64,000 nt of DNA from a virus (Duplodnaviria; Caudoviricetes), in the IMG/VR virus record IMGVR_UViG_3300005686_000008; one strand, given 5' to 3'. A program made the translations under genes and the position numbers. Position 1 is the stretch's first letter, and every line of letters starts with the position of its first letter. Shown here piece by piece: positions 63,919 to 64,000 of this stretch. The notes beneath the pieces were generated by a model. That model ran no database searches. It saw only the letters and a program-made list of their open reading frames with translations, and was not told the DNA's origin.

Positions 63919-64000
63919 ATGCCATTTGATCCAAACAATTTACCCAAAAACATAAAAGAGATTCATGCTAGGCTAGTTGTACAGTGTGGCGCTGTAAAAG
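63919..64000 (+). CDS. 3'-truncated gene, possibly the tape measure or another tail gene
   Basis: ATG with an open frame to the window end (MPFDPNNLPKNIKEIHARL...), preceded by the GACGATA motif. Identity is by position only. Confidence 0.35.
   Translation, partial: MPFDPNNLPKNIKEIHARLVVQCGAVK

Noticed and set aside
1-64000. Stop-codon reassignment (alternative genetic code)
   Set aside because: Standard-code ORFs tile the + strand almost completely, including 6-7.5 kb genes.
1-64000. Many short minus-strand and alternate-frame ORFs in the track
   Set aside because: They are shadows of long + strand genes without motifs or RBS; only the HNH at 10778-11176 is credible.
1-64000. tRNA or rRNA genes
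   Set aside because: Intergenic gaps are short and no cloverleaf with a T-loop GTTC consensus was found by eye; tRNAscan-SE would be decisive.

Overview
This 64 kb window looks like the virion-morphogenesis region of a very large tailed dsDNA virus, probably a jumbo bacteriophage using the standard code and AGGAG Shine-Dalgarno sites. Almost all genes are on the + strand. Gene order: (1) end of a G/M-rich protein with a Vsr/DUF559 nuclease domain, possibly the portal; (2) two unknown head-region genes, a 1991-aa prohead protease/scaffold, a decoration-like protein and an HK97-type major capsid protein; (3) a minus-strand HNH endonuclease, GT4 and GT9-like glycosyltransferases and an S8 protease; (4) fibre block A, with (S-G-Y/F)n repeats; (5) a glycosylation island with a 2494-aa, ~11-module glycosyl/methyltransferase, RmlB, a plant/giant-virus-type bifunctional epimerase-reductase, RmlA invaded by a LAGLIDADG gene that carries a replacement 5' end, and a GT2 with a split GT9; (6) fibre block B and a neck/adaptor gene; (7) PhoH with a class-3 intein and a structured 5' leader; (8) a volactin-like actin ATPase; (9) head-tail joining genes, another GT4, a tail tube and tail chaperones with a -1 frameshift. 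The best candidate for an undescribed system is a virus-encoded, assembly-line virion glycosylation apparatus sandwiched between Ser/Thr-rich head/neck fibre genes. Also notable are an actin homologue inside the assembly module, a recurrent K-x-A motif in head proteins and two recurring promoter-like motifs. All family assignments are by eye from motifs and recall; no searches were run.
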